Source: Polyangiales bacterium
GTDB lineage: Bacteria > Myxococcota_A > Polyangia > Polyangiales > Houyiibacteriaceae
Assembly: GCA_045106895.1 (NCBI GenBank)
Contig: JBGCFM010000136.1
Span: 1 to 39,212 of the forward strand
Direction: 5' to 3'
Length of the DNA: 39,212 nt
In this document: positions 9,226 through 19,202 of the stretch, piece by piece
Position numbering within the stretch: the first letter of the stretch is position 1
Layout: every line of letters begins with the position of its first letter
Made by a program: the position numbers and the translations under genes
Notes under the pieces: model-generated
Database searches by the model: none
The model's input: the letters and a program-made list of their open reading frames with translations, nothing else
What the model was told of the DNA's origin: nothing

Positions 9226-9687
9226 TTAACCCAAAAGACGGACGGCGCCGAGCAGGACTAGGAGCACGATGAACGCAAGCGCGACCATCACCCAGGTTCC
9301 GTTCCCGCCCTGAGGCGAAGGGTCCTCAAAAGCTGCGAGCTCTTCGTCGGTGGGCGCGCGCTCGTAGAGCTGTTCAAAGACCTTCCGCAGGTCGCCGGCG
9401 AGGTATGCCTCTAGAAACGACACGATCTCTTCGGTTCGGGCAGGCGCGCTGACGCCCACGTGTTGAACGCCGTATTGCTCCACCATGAGCGAGAGCCCAA
9501 CGCTCGCGTCCAAGCTGCCCGAACCATCGGCCCAGCCCACCGCAGACTCCAGCGTCACGCCGGAGATCTCCGGCGCCGCCCAGTCCGTCGCCTTCACCGC
9601 CGCCGCGATCGCTGCTTGACCCGCCGGGCCCGCTTCCACGCCGCTCGTTTCCTCTTCGCCCGACTCATTCCACAAACGAAGCTTCAT
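9226..9687 (-). CDS. Hypothetical protein with C-terminal TM anchor (153 aa)
   Basis: Probable start MKLRLW at 9687, just downstream of the epimerase stop. C-terminal hydrophobic helix WVMVALAFIVLLVLLGAV. Confidence 0.65.
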   Translation of the reverse strand: MKLRLWNESGEEETSGVEAGPAGQAAIAAAVKATDWAAPEISGVTLESAVGWADGSGSLDASVGLSLMVEQYGVQHVGVSAPARTEEIVSFLEAYLAGDLRKVFEQLYERAPTDEELAAFEDPSPQGGNGTWVMVALAFIVLLVLLGAVRLLG

Positions 9688-9704
9688 GCCCTTGCCAGCT
9701 TGGT

Positions 9705-10712
9705 CTAGAAGAGCTTCTTCGCCCACGTCTTAGGCGTGTGCTCGTTCTGAATCTCTACCGGCAGGTGGTACTCGAAGGGCCGGACGCCGCGCTGGCGAAT
9801 GTACGCGACGATGTCCTGGAGACCTTCGTCCAGGGTTCGTTTGCTTTCGTAGCCGAGGAGCTCCCGCGCGAGGTCCGCGGAGCAGTTCGCCAGGCGCACT
9901 TCCGCGGGTCGCGCGGGGACGAAAATCGGTTCGAGGTTTTCAAAGTCCGCAGCGACGGCGACGCGCTTCGCCAGATCACGGATGTTGATGAAACCGTCGT
10001 CGGGCCCAAGGTTCACCGTGCGTCCGTGCATGCCATCGTCCAGCGCGAGTTTCACGAGGCAGTCCACCACGTCTTGCACGGGGCTAAAGCAGCGCATCTG
10101 GCCGCCGTCGCCGTAAATGTAAGGCTGGCGCCCTTGGAGCATCAGGTTCGCCATAATGCTGGCGACGTTTCGGAAGGGGTCGTCGTACTTCTGGCGGGCG
10201 CCGATGATGTTGTGCGGGATCGCGACGGCCCACTCGATGCCGTGCACCTTCGCGAGGGTCTTGAGCATCTCTTCGCCGGCGACTTTACCGACGCCATAGG
10301 GGTCGCACGCGCGGGTGGCCATGTCTTCGCGGAAAGGCACCTCGTTGTCGCCGTAGCGCGCCATGGACGAGCAGTAGACGACGCGACTCATCTTGTTGAC
10401 GATGGCCGCGGTGAAGGTCGTCACTGACGCCTGAACAATGTTGCGCGTGATGATGGCGGGGCTAAAAACGGAGAGCCCCTCGTAGGCCATCGCCGCCGTG
10501 TGCACGACGACGTCGGAGCCGCTCATGGCCTTGGTCAGGGCGTCGAGGTCACAGCAGTCGACGTCGAAGTACTCAGCGCCTTCAGGGACGTTGTCACGAT
10601 AACCGCCGATAAGGGTGTCATTGCCTCGAACGGTGTGGCCCAGTTCGAGCAGCCGGTCCGCGAGATGACTGCCGAGAAAACCGGCGATGCCGGTAATGAA
10701 AACGTTGGCCAT
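9705..10712 (-). CDS. NAD-dependent nucleotide-sugar epimerase/dehydratase (extended SDR)
   Basis: TGIAGFLG Rossmann motif, SSMARYG, catalytic YGVGK, HNIIG and IYGDGGQMRCF. Confidence 0.92.
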   Translation of the reverse strand: MANVFITGIAGFLGSHLADRLLELGHTVRGNDTLIGGYRDNVPEGAEYFDVDCCDLDALTKAMSGSDVVVHTAAMAYEGLSVFSPAIITRNIVQASVTTFTAAIVNKMSRVVYCSSMARYGDNEVPFREDMATRACDPYGVGKVAGEEMLKTLAKVHGIEWAVAIPHNIIGARQKYDDPFRNVASIMANLMLQGRQPYIYGDGGQMRCFSPVQDVVDCLVKLALDDGMHGRTVNLGPDDGFINIRDLAKRVAVAADFENLEPIFVPARPAEVRLANCSADLARELLGYESKRTLDEGLQDIVAYIRQRGVRPFEYHLPVEIQNEHTPKTWAKKLF

Positions 10713-10777
10713 GCAAGGTGGACTATCACGAGTGCTCGTTATAAGGAAACGCCCGGCGAACGCGGCTCGGGGCGACG

Positions 10778-12268
10778 ATGAGCGACACTAACGATTCAGC
10801 ACAGCTCAACTGGCGTGACGCCGCCCTTGCCGGCGTCGTTGCCACGGTCTGGTTTCTTCTCGTTCGTCCCGGCGGCTTCGACCTTCCGTTCTTCTGGGAC
10901 GAGGCGGACGTCTATGTGCCTGGCTCACGCTGGGTCGCGGAGAACGGCCTCAACGTCACGCCGGGCGTCTTTCCCGACGACTACTCCCGCGGCCACCCGC
11001 CGCTGCTCTATCTCCTCGCCGGCGCGGCTTTCGCTCTCTTCGGTGCAACGCCCACGGTAGCTCACCTCCTCATTCTGCCCTTCGGCGTCATCGCCCTCGC
11101 CGCGACCTATGGGCTCGGCGCGACACTCTTTTGTCGGCGCACCGGCGTCGCTGCCGCGCTCATGCTGGGGTGCACGCCGCTCTTCATGACCATGGGCAAT
11201 ATGCTCTTGCCGGAGATGCCCCTGACGACGCTCGCGGTGGTCGCGCTCTTCGCGTTCGCCCGGGGACGTATGGGCGTCGTCGCCCTCACGGGATGCGCCG
11301 CGGTCCTCATCAAAGAGACGGGCATCTTCTCCGCCGGCGCCGTCGGCGCGGCGCTCCTCTACGACGCCCACCGCTCGGGTGTGCTGCGCACCCGCGAGAG
11401 CTTGCGCCGCATCGCCCTCGCGCTCACGCCGCTCTTCGCCCTCGTACTCTTCTTCGTGTGGCAGCGAAGCACGGCGGGGTACTTCATCTTTCCGCACCAC
11501 CAAGGGCTCTTCACGGACCGCCCGATGACCTGGGCGAACCTCATCACGGTGGTGCCCTCACTCTTCGCCTGGCATGGCCGCTGGCTCGTGAGCGTGGCGG
11601 CGCTCGTGGCTGCTGTCTTCCTCCGCAGGCAAACGGCGGATTCCCCGCGAACATCCGAGCGCTGGCAGCCGAGACGCGCTTCCGTCTACCTCGCCGCGCT
11701 CCTCCTCGTCGCCTTCAACTGGGTCTTCTTCGCGAAGATGTTCTGGCTCGAACGCTACGCCCTGCCGGCGCACCCCGGTCTCCTCGTGCTGCTCTGCGGC
11801 GCCCTCTTCTCCCTCGCCAAGGGAAACGCGCGGCTGGCCGGCGCCAGCGCCCTCGTCCTCGGCGCGTCGGTGTGGGGGCTCTATGGCATGTTCGGTCCAG
11901 CGGAGCGCGACGCCGAGGAACACACCTTCGCCTACGCCGATGTCATCGCCTCCCACCGCGGCGCCATCGACTCTCTCACGAGGGATGGCGGCGCCTCGTC
12001 GGAGCGCTTCGTCGTGACGACTTGGCCGATGTCCGTCGAGCTTCGCTACCCCTACCTTGGCTACGTCGACGCTGAGGTCCGCGCCACCGAGTTTCAGTAT
12101 TTGAGCGAGGGCGACCACGACGCCGTGACCCACGTCGTCGTCAACAGCGCGTCGTCTCAGGCGGACAGGCTCGTCGACTTTGCTCGCTCCCAAGGCCTGG
12201 TGCGTCACGCCGAGTTTCAGACGGGCGACGCTCCGCGCCTTGTAGTCTATGCGCGACCCGAGCGCTGA
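10778..12268 (+). CDS. GT-C fold membrane glycosyltransferase (ArnT/PMT_2-like)
   Basis: Polytopic membrane protein with first-loop WDEADVY, GHPPLLY, KETG and ERY, followed by a C-terminal periplasmic domain. Confidence 0.82.
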   Translation: MSDTNDSAQLNWRDAALAGVVATVWFLLVRPGGFDLPFFWDEADVYVPGSRWVAENGLNVTPGVFPDDYSRGHPPLLYLLAGAAFALFGATPTVAHLLILPFGVIALAATYGLGATLFCRRTGVAAALMLGCTPLFMTMGNMLLPEMPLTTLAVVALFAFARGRMGVVALTGCAAVLIKETGIFSAGAVGAALLYDAHRSGVLRTRESLRRIALALTPLFALVLFFVWQRSTAGYFIFPHHQGLFTDRPMTWANLITVVPSLFAWHGRWLVSVAALVAAVFLRRQTADSPRTSERWQPRRASVYLAALLLVAFNWVFFAKMFWLERYALPAHPGLLVLLCGALFSLAKGNARLAGASALVLGASVWGLYGMFGPAERDAEEHTFAYADVIASHRGAIDSLTRDGGASSERFVVTTWPMSVELRYPYLGYVDAEVRATEFQYLSEGDHDAVTHVVVNSASSQADRLVDFARSQGLVRHAEFQTGDAPRLVVYARPER

Positions 12269-12283
12269 GGTAGGCTCCCGGCG

Positions 12284-14800
12284 ATGCGCGTTCTACTGGC
12301 ACTCGTGGTGCTCTTTGCTCTGCCGGCGCTCGGACAAGCGCAAGAGACCGAAATCGGCGAGAGCGGCGAGAGCGGCGAGTCCGGCGACTCAAGCGATGAC
12401 ACCGAAGGCGAGTCCGGCGACTCGGACGAGACCGCGGCTACCGAGGAAGCCGAAGAACCCGACGAGGACATCGTTCCGCCGGCGGAGATCGGTCGCCGCA
12501 TCGAGTCGACGTTTCAGCAGCTCCAAGAGCTCACCCCGCTGCTCCGCCGACAGTCCGAGACCCTCGATGTCCAGCGGCGCATGCCGGGTTTCGTGGAGAA
12601 CGTCACGCGCCTCGCCGAAGACCCGGCGCTGAGCCACCTCGGGACGCTCAACTCCGCGTCGCTTCGTGACCTAGAGCATGAGTGGAGCCGGGTTCGCGAC
12701 CGCCTCGCCGAGTGGCAGCAGACTTTGGAACAGCGAACCGAATCGCTCACCGAGGCGCGGGCAACAGCCCTAGAAGAGAAGCGTATTTGGACGCGGACGC
12801 GAGACGCGGAGGACGAGGAGTCCCTCACGGATCACGCCGACCGCATCGGCTCGCTCCTCGAACGCGTAAACAACGTGCTGCGGCGCGTCGACCTTCGCTT
12901 GGCGGAGGTCCTCTCGCTTCAAGGCGAGCTCAGTGACCAGGGCATCCGCATCGCGCGGCAGATCTCTCGCATCGAGGCCGCGCAGCAGAACGTGCGCGAT
13001 CGTCGGCAGCGTCGTGATCACCGACCGCTCTGGCGCGGCTGGAGTCGCCTCGGTGACGAAGAAAGCCCATCACAGACGATCAGCGCCATCTACGCGGAAC
13101 ACGTTGCGTCCGTGCGAGCGTTTACATACACAGAGAAGAAGCCTCTTCGATGGCACGCCGGCTCGTTGCTTCTCCTGGTCGTCTTCTTGCTCTGGATGCG
13201 ACGACGAACAAGCTCGAAGCTGGCGCCCAAAGACGGCCCGAGCGTGCACCGAGGTGTCCGCGCGCATCCCATCGCGAGCGCGCTCCTCCTCGTGCATATT
13301 CTGGCGCCCATCGTCTACAGCTACGTCCCGGTGGTCGCCGTCGGCGCGAGCCTCATCTTGATGGTGCCGGCGATCCACCTCCTCAACCGCCACCTTCTCC
13401 CGGCGGCCCATCGCTCCATTCTCGCGTTGCTCATCCTCGCCGCCGCGAGCGTGCCCCTCAGTCTTGGAATCACGCCGGACTGGAGCCAGCGCTTCTACAT
13501 TCTCGCCCTTCAGGTCGCGTCGCTCTACTTCGTCCTCAAGCTTTGGTCGCGGCGCTGGAAGCTCGCCATCAAACGCGCCGGCCGCGTGCACACTCGGCTC
13601 TACCTGCTCCTTCGCTGGACCCTCCTCCCCCTTGGCTTCGCCGTCTACCTGCTGCTTTCCGGCTACACGGAGCGCGCGGAACTCTGGACGACGGGAACAC
13701 TCTGGGTCATCGAGCAAGCCATCGGCCTCTTCTTGGGCACCGAGCTCATCGCTGGGCTCTTGACCCTCGCTCTCCGCACGGAAGGCGCGCGCTTCTTCTA
13801 CGTGGTCCGGGACTACCGGCGCGAGGTCGCCCACTATTTGCTGATGGCGCTACGCTTTGGCGCCGTCGTTGCTTTGGCGTTCCTAGCCCTCAACAGCTTC
13901 GACCTCCTCGACCCTACCCTCGAGTCGTCGCGCACTGCCTTCAGCACAACCTTTGAGTTTGGCTCCATCGAGCTCTCCTTCGGCAGCGTCATCGCCTTCA
14001 TCGTGACCCTCGCGAGCACCTTCCTCGTGATGCGACTCGTCCACGTGCTCCTCGAATTTGAAGTCCTCCCACGCTTCGAGCTCGAGCAAGGCATCTCGTC
14101 GGCCATCAGTCTCACGGCGAGTTATGTTCTCGTCGCCATCGGCGTCGTCCTCGCGTTTGGCGTAGCCGGCGTCGGCCCCGAACGCCTCGCGCTCCTCGGC
14201 GGCGCCCTCGGCGTGGGTATTGGTTTCGGTTTGCAGAACGTCGTGAGCAACTTTGTCAGCGGCCTCATCCTCGTCGCCGAGCGCCCCATCAAAGTCGGCG
14301 ACGTCATCGAAGTCGGCGACGAGCTTGTTGGCACCGTGCAGCGCATCGGGATTCGCTCGAGCACCGTTCAATCCCTCGATGGCGCGGAGGTCATCGTACC
14401 GAACTCCGACCTCGTCAGCGGCAAGCTCATCAACTGGACGCTCAGCGACACGCGCCGGCGCCTCGAGCTCGTCGTCGGCGCAGGCTACGCGCACGACCCC
14501 GCGGAGGTCATGCAGGTTCTCCGGCGCGTCGTCGCTCGCCAACGCGGCTTGCTTCACTTTCCGATTCCCGAGGTGATCTGCACGGCTTTCGGCGACAGCT
14601 CCATCGATTACGCCGTGCGCGCTTGGTGCACCGGATACCTCGAAGCCATCGAAGCCAAGAGCTTGCTCGCCAGCGCGATCCACGCGGAATTTGCGAAACA
14701 AGGCATCGAGATTCCTTTCCCTCAGCAGGACGTGCACATCCTGTCCATGCCCAACGCCAAGCAAGAGCCAAAGGAAGAGTCCGCCAAAGACGACGACTGA
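12284..14800 (+). CDS. Large MscS-family mechanosensitive channel (MscK/MscM-like)
   Basis: Signal peptide, acidic GES repeats, periplasmic coiled coil and multiple TMs. MscS core motifs GIGFGLQNVVSNFVSG, RPIKVGDVIEV, IVPNS and IPFPQQDVH. Confidence 0.93.
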   Translation: MRVLLALVVLFALPALGQAQETEIGESGESGESGDSSDDTEGESGDSDETAATEEAEEPDEDIVPPAEIGRRIESTFQQLQELTPLLRRQSETLDVQRRMPGFVENVTRLAEDPALSHLGTLNSASLRDLEHEWSRVRDRLAEWQQTLEQRTESLTEARATALEEKRIWTRTRDAEDEESLTDHADRIGSLLERVNNVLRRVDLRLAEVLSLQGELSDQGIRIARQISRIEAAQQNVRDRRQRRDHRPLWRGWSRLGDEESPSQTISAIYAEHVASVRAFTYTEKKPLRWHAGSLLLLVVFLLWMRRRTSSKLAPKDGPSVHRGVRAHPIASALLLVHILAPIVYSYVPVVAVGASLILMVPAIHLLNRHLLPAAHRSILALLILAAASVPLSLGITPDWSQRFYILALQVASLYFVLKLWSRRWKLAIKRAGRVHTRLYLLLRWTLLPLGFAVYLLLSGYTERAELWTTGTLWVIEQAIGLFLGTELIAGLLTLALRTEGARFFYVVRDYRREVAHYLLMALRFGAVVALAFLALNSFDLLDPTLESSRTAFSTTFEFGSIELSFGSVIAFIVTLASTFLVMRLVHVLLEFEVLPRFELEQGISSAISLTASYVLVAIGVVLAFGVAGVGPERLALLGGALGVGIGFGLQNVVSNFVSGLILVAERPIKVGDVIEVGDELVGTVQRIGIRSSTVQSLDGAEVIVPNSDLVSGKLINWTLSDTRRRLELVVGAGYAHDPAEVMQVLRRVVARQRGLLHFPIPEVICTAFGDSSIDYAVRAWCTGYLEAIEAKSLLASAIHAEFAKQGIEIPFPQQDVHILSMPNAKQEPKEESAKDDD

Positions 14801-14824
14801 GGAGGTCTGTGGTACCCAGCAAGG

Positions 14825-17017
14825 ATGCGCGGCCGAAGACTCTCCCTCCTCCTCCTTTCTTTTGCGCTCGCCTGCGGCGATGACGACGGGACCAGCGACG
14901 GCGGCTCTGCCTTTCCGGATGGTTCCGCGCCGGACGGTTTCGCTCTAGACGGGTCCGACGCCTCTTTCGTGGACGCGGGCCCCGCCGACGCAGGCCCCGC
15001 GCCGATGGCACTCCTCTACGTGCACTCCCTCGACCTCTGGGGTCAGCCTTTTCCCCGCGGCGAAGGATCCCTCACGGTCTACTCCGGTGGTGACCTCGTC
15101 GCGCGGAGCAGCGAAGCGGAGCTTCAGGTCGCGCTCTACGAAGCGGGCACCTACACCCTCGTCCTCGAAGCCCCGGGCCACCACACGATGGAGGCGACGG
15201 TGACCTACGATGGCGGCGGCGCCGACGACGCTCTCGGCGCCACCACGCCACGGTCCGAGACGCCGGGTGGGTTGCTCGTCGCCCACGGTGAGGAGCAGGT
15301 TGGCGCATGGCCTGTCTTGCCCACGCACCGAGTCCTTCTCGGATTGCGTCACCGCTACTTCTCGGCGCAAGGCCCGCCGGCACGGCGCGGAAACGACGTG
15401 ACGCTCTACACCAGCTGCGACACGGCGTGGGCCGCCGTCGACGCTGAGATCCGCGGCGCCACGGAATCCGTGCACATGGCCAGCTGGTGGTGGGAGTCCG
15501 ACTTCGAGCTCGTCCGAGACGCCGAAACACATCCTTTCCTGTCCGATGCAGAACGCGCCGAAGCGACGATCATCTCGGCCCTCGAATCCAACTCCGCGAC
15601 GAGCCGCATCATGATTGGCCAGCTCGTCTCCCAAGACGGACTGCTCAGCAACCTCTCCACGGACGAACCCCTTCGCTCACGCGGCGCCGCGTCCGGCGAT
15701 AACTTCGAGTACATGGGTCAGGCGAATGAAACCTCGGGCCGCTTCGAATTCATGGTGGAGCCGATGGCTTTCTCGGATCGCGTCTTCGAACAGGGCGAGA
15801 GCAACGGCGTCCCCCTCGCAGACTACCGCCTCGACGGGGAGACACTCCTCGCGTCCGTTGTCCCGCCGCATCCTGTCGACCTCAACGACTGGCCCCTCGG
15901 AATCTCGCTGGAGATTCAAGCGGCGAGCTGGCATCAGAAGTTCTCCGTCATGGACGGCGAGGTTGCCTTCGTTGGCGGAATGAACCTTCAAGCCGTGGAC
16001 TGGGATACCGAAGAGCACTTGGTGTTCGAGCCGCGCCGCATGGAGTTCGACACCTCTCTCGGCCGACGCATGGACGTCATCACCCGCGAGCGCCAGACGG
16101 ACACGCCGCCGCGCAAAGACTTCTTCACCCGTATCGAAGGCCCCGTCGTCGAAGACGTCAACGCCATCTTCGAGCAACGCTGGTCCTACCTCATCGACAC
16201 CGATGTCGAGTACGCGGACGAGGCGAGCCCCTTCACGGCGCAGCCCGTCGCACCGGCGGGCGACATTCAGGCGCAGGTCACCGTCACCATGCCCGAGCCT
16301 TTCTGGGACCACTCCATCGCCGAGAGCTGGTTCAACGCCGTGAATCAGGCCGAGAACTTCATCTTCGTCGAGGACCAATACTGGCGCGTGCCGATGCTCG
16401 TCGACGCCATCGTCGAGCGAATGGAAGAGGTGCCGGAGCTTCAGCTCGTGGTGATCACGCGGCCCATGAACCAGCTCGTCGATCCCGGCTGCGAGTGGAC
16501 ATACATTACCAACGAGCAGATCGAGTCTCGTTTCCCGGACCGATACACGCTGCTTCAGATCCGAGCCTTCGACTACACGGACGACGACTTCGGCCCCGAT
16601 GAGACGCGCGGGCATTTCCCGGAGATCTACATCCACTCAAAGATGCTCATCGTCGACGATGTGTTCATGAGCGTCGGGAGCGCCAACAAGAACAACCGAG
16701 GCATCGTCTATGAAGGAGAGATGAACCTCGCCGTCTACGACGCCGCATGGGTCGCCGCCGAGCGCGAAGGCATCGTGGAGCACCTACTTCCTGCAGGAAT
16801 GAGCGTCATGGCGGGCACAGCCTGGATAGAGCAGCTTCGCGAGGCCGCTTCCTGGAACGACTTCGTCTACGAAAACTGGGACGACGAAGCCTTCGACATC
16901 AACCTCAACGGCGACCCCCTCCCGGACGACTACCGGCCGCGAGGCTTCCTCTACTCGATGAGCTTCCCCGACTCCGACTCCTGCTTCATCGAAGGCGTCG
17001 GCCCAGACATGATGTGA
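14825..17017 (+). CDS. Phospholipase D-family lipoprotein
   Basis: Lipobox LALAC-like (FALAC), DAG/PDG linker, and two HKD motifs: HQKFSVMD...GGMN and HSKMLIVD...GSAN. Confidence 0.9.
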   Translation: MRGRRLSLLLLSFALACGDDDGTSDGGSAFPDGSAPDGFALDGSDASFVDAGPADAGPAPMALLYVHSLDLWGQPFPRGEGSLTVYSGGDLVARSSEAELQVALYEAGTYTLVLEAPGHHTMEATVTYDGGGADDALGATTPRSETPGGLLVAHGEEQVGAWPVLPTHRVLLGLRHRYFSAQGPPARRGNDVTLYTSCDTAWAAVDAEIRGATESVHMASWWWESDFELVRDAETHPFLSDAERAEATIISALESNSATSRIMIGQLVSQDGLLSNLSTDEPLRSRGAASGDNFEYMGQANETSGRFEFMVEPMAFSDRVFEQGESNGVPLADYRLDGETLLASVVPPHPVDLNDWPLGISLEIQAASWHQKFSVMDGEVAFVGGMNLQAVDWDTEEHLVFEPRRMEFDTSLGRRMDVITRERQTDTPPRKDFFTRIEGPVVEDVNAIFEQRWSYLIDTDVEYADEASPFTAQPVAPAGDIQAQVTVTMPEPFWDHSIAESWFNAVNQAENFIFVEDQYWRVPMLVDAIVERMEEVPELQLVVITRPMNQLVDPGCEWTYITNEQIESRFPDRYTLLQIRAFDYTDDDFGPDETRGHFPEIYIHSKMLIVDDVFMSVGSANKNNRGIVYEGEMNLAVYDAAWVAAEREGIVEHLLPAGMSVMAGTAWIEQLREAASWNDFVYENWDDEAFDINLNGDPLPDDYRPRGFLYSMSFPDSDSCFIEGVGPDMM

Positions 17018-17044
17018 GACCGGCGAGTGAGCGGACTCAGGGCA

Positions 17045-17281
17045 CTACAGCCCGAGCTTGCGCCGCAGCTTGTTGAAGAGCGGCTCGTGGGCTCGATACG
17101 CATCGACGAGCTTCGCGGCGCGATCGGGGTTGCCCGCGCGCAGCAGCTTTGTGAGCTGAATCTGTAGGTGGTCAGGCAGCCGGAGATCGTCCATGTGATG
17201 GACCAGCTCTGCGGGTACGCCAGATGAACAATCCGTCGTTTGCAGGGCGGTGATGAACTGATCGTAGGTCGCTCGAGCCAT
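17045..17281 (-). CDS. Small hypothetical protein (78 aa)
   Basis: C-terminal part of track ORF 17045..17776, starting at MARATYDQF. Fills the gap between the PLD and the next gene without overlap. Confidence 0.6.
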   Translation of the reverse strand: MARATYDQFITALQTTDCSSGVPAELVHHMDDLRLPDHLQIQLTKLLRAGNPDRAAKLVDAYRAHEPLFNKLRRKLGL

Positions 17282-17374
17282 GACGGCGATGCTGACGGGT
17301 TTTCGGTCGGCCCGCCACTTCGGAACGCGCCGTGCGGGTTGCGGTGTCCCGCCGGCGGCGCCAGGTTCGTTCCT

Positions 17375-17914
17375 ATGCGTACACTCTTGGTTCTTTTGAT
17401 TGCCTGCGGAGCTCAGAATCCGCCGGAGAGCGAGAGCGATGCCGCAGAAGCAGATGCGCCCGCCATCGACGCCGCAGAAGCAGATGCAAGCGAGACAGAC
17501 GCCGCAGATGCCGCAGAGGTCGATGCCGCAGAGGTCGAGACTGGCCTCGCCAGCGTCACCGCCGTCGTCGCTCAGGGAGACGGTCTCGCCGTCACGATTC
17601 AAAGCCCAGACACCGGTTGCGCGCAGTACGCCAACTGGTGGGAGGTCGTCACCGAAGACGGCGCCCTCGTCTACCGCCGTATCCTTGGTCATAGCCACGT
17701 GGACGAGCAGCCCTTCACGCGTAGCGGCGGGCCCGTGGACGTCGACGGCAACACCACGCTCATCGTCCGCGCCCACATGGCCCCAGGCGGCTATGGAGGC
17801 TCGGCTTTTCGCGGCACGCTCAGCGAGGGCTTCGAGGCCGCGCCGGACATCGGCGCGGACTTCGCGCCGGGCCTTGAAGAGGAAGCCCCGCTGCCCAGCA
17901 GCTGCGCGTTCTGA
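17375..17914 (+). CDS. Conserved hypothetical lipoprotein with DTGC/YANWWEV/HSHVDEQPFTRS motifs
   Basis: Lipobox LIAC from ATG 17375 and an acidic DAA repeat linker. The C-terminal domain SPDTGCAQYANWWEV...RRILGHSHVDEQPFTRSGGP resembles a widespread uncharacterised family. Confidence 0.8.
   Translation: MRTLLVLLIACGAQNPPESESDAAEADAPAIDAAEADASETDAADAAEVDAAEVETGLASVTAVVAQGDGLAVTIQSPDTGCAQYANWWEVVTEDGALVYRRILGHSHVDEQPFTRSGGPVDVDGNTTLIVRAHMAPGGYGGSAFRGTLSEGFEAAPDIGADFAPGLEEEAPLPSSCAF
17438..17536 (+). repeat. Coding tandem repeats (DAAEADA / DAAEV)
   Basis: GAYGCCGCAGAAGCAGATGC occurs twice at a 30-nt period, then GATGCCGCAGAGGTC twice in tandem. Confidence 0.85.
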
Positions 17915-17922
17915 GTCTCCGC

Positions 17923-19104
17923 TTATTGCCTCGCGAGGCGGCAGGACTCCTGTCGACCCAGCTGGCAGGCGCGCTGCATGAACTCTCGTGCCAAGGACAT
18001 GTTGGCAGGACCAAAACGAGAGGATGCGTGAAGCATGCCGAGGTTATGACAGCCATCGGAGTTTTCGAGTTCACAGGCGCGTCCGAGCAGCGCCGCCACG
18101 GGCTCAGCGTTTGGCGGGTTGCCCATCTGAAAGAGGTAACGACCCGCCATGTTGCAGACTGCACCGACATGGGGTGTTCGTTCTGTACTCGCACAACCGC
18201 GCTGGAAAGCCGCCAGAGCCTCCGCGCTGAATGCGCCGGGCTGGCGCTCGCTGAGAAAGCCTCCCTGAACGCCGCAGCTCACGGCGAGGCCCGCGCCGGT
18301 GCATGCCATCGTTGAATAACGAAGCGCCTCTTCGACGTCACGTGGACCTCCGCGACCGTCACGGAAGAGCAAACCCAGATCCCCGCATGGTCCCCATGCC
18401 TCAGCCTCGCATGCTTGTGTCAGCAAGGCGCGTGCGCGTACTTCATCATGAGGGAGCAGGGGGCCGAAGGAGAGGTGCCATCCCAGGATGCCGCAGGACG
18501 TGGCACTCCCCCGTGTGCATCCTTCTTCGAGAAGCCGTCGCCCTTCTGTTTTGTCCGCTTCGTTGACGTCAGCCGGTGGCCGGCGAAGCAGGTAGATGCC
18601 TAGGTTGTCGCATCCAAGCGGGTCGCCTCCGGCGCACCCGCGCCGTGCGTATGACATCGCTTGGGTGATCGGCGCTTGAGACTGCGCACTCAGGACGCCG
18701 GCGTTGGTACATGAAGGCACAAAGCCTCCTTCGCACGCACGGACGAAAAACGTGAGGCTTGCCGCTGGGTCCGATTCCATGCGGCGAAGACCGAGCCCAT
18801 GACAGCTCTGAGTGCGACCGCCCTCGCATTCCACCTCTAAGTCCAGTTCCGTCGCGCCGTTCGAACACGTGCGCATATGACTCGTGCTGCCGAGCGGACC
18901 TGTGCTGATGTTTAGCGTCCCCCGGCAACGTTTCTCTCCTTCGATCGCCATGAACTCAAATACGCCGGCCTCGGACGAAGTGATCATTGTGACCTCGTAT
19001 CCGTTGCTGAGGAGCCACAAGCGAGCATCCGCTTCCTGCCCTGGCTCGCTGCATGCGGACAGAAAGATCAGAACAAGCAAGGACAACCCAGATGAAAAAC
19101 GCAT
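17923..19104 (-). CDS. Sel1-like repeat (Hcp-type, disulfide-paired) lipoprotein
   Basis: Lipobox FLSAC and repeated (A/G)C-x7-C-xx-LG units (ACEGGFVPSC, GCAGGDPLGC, ACELENSDGC). TAAGGT lies 6 nt upstream of the ATG. Confidence 0.87.
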   Translation of the reverse strand: MRFSSGLSLLVLIFLSACSEPGQEADARLWLLSNGYEVTMITSSEAGVFEFMAIEGEKRCRGTLNISTGPLGSTSHMRTCSNGATELDLEVECEGGRTQSCHGLGLRRMESDPAASLTFFVRACEGGFVPSCTNAGVLSAQSQAPITQAMSYARRGCAGGDPLGCDNLGIYLLRRPPADVNEADKTEGRRLLEEGCTRGSATSCGILGWHLSFGPLLPHDEVRARALLTQACEAEAWGPCGDLGLLFRDGRGGPRDVEEALRYSTMACTGAGLAVSCGVQGGFLSERQPGAFSAEALAAFQRGCASTERTPHVGAVCNMAGRYLFQMGNPPNAEPVAALLGRACELENSDGCHNLGMLHASSRFGPANMSLAREFMQRACQLGRQESCRLARQ

Positions 19105-19202
19105 TCGCTGACCTTACACAAGACTCGCCTGCCGCATGGGTAACATCGCCTAACAATTCGTTTCGGCGCCCTCTGCGGCCATATTCCCCGGCTCCGTCAG
19201 GC

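Noticed and set aside
17438..17536. Short repeats as a CRISPR array (also the GES repeats at 12356-12382)
   Set aside because: They are in-frame coding repeats without unique 30-40 nt spacers, and no cas genes are present.
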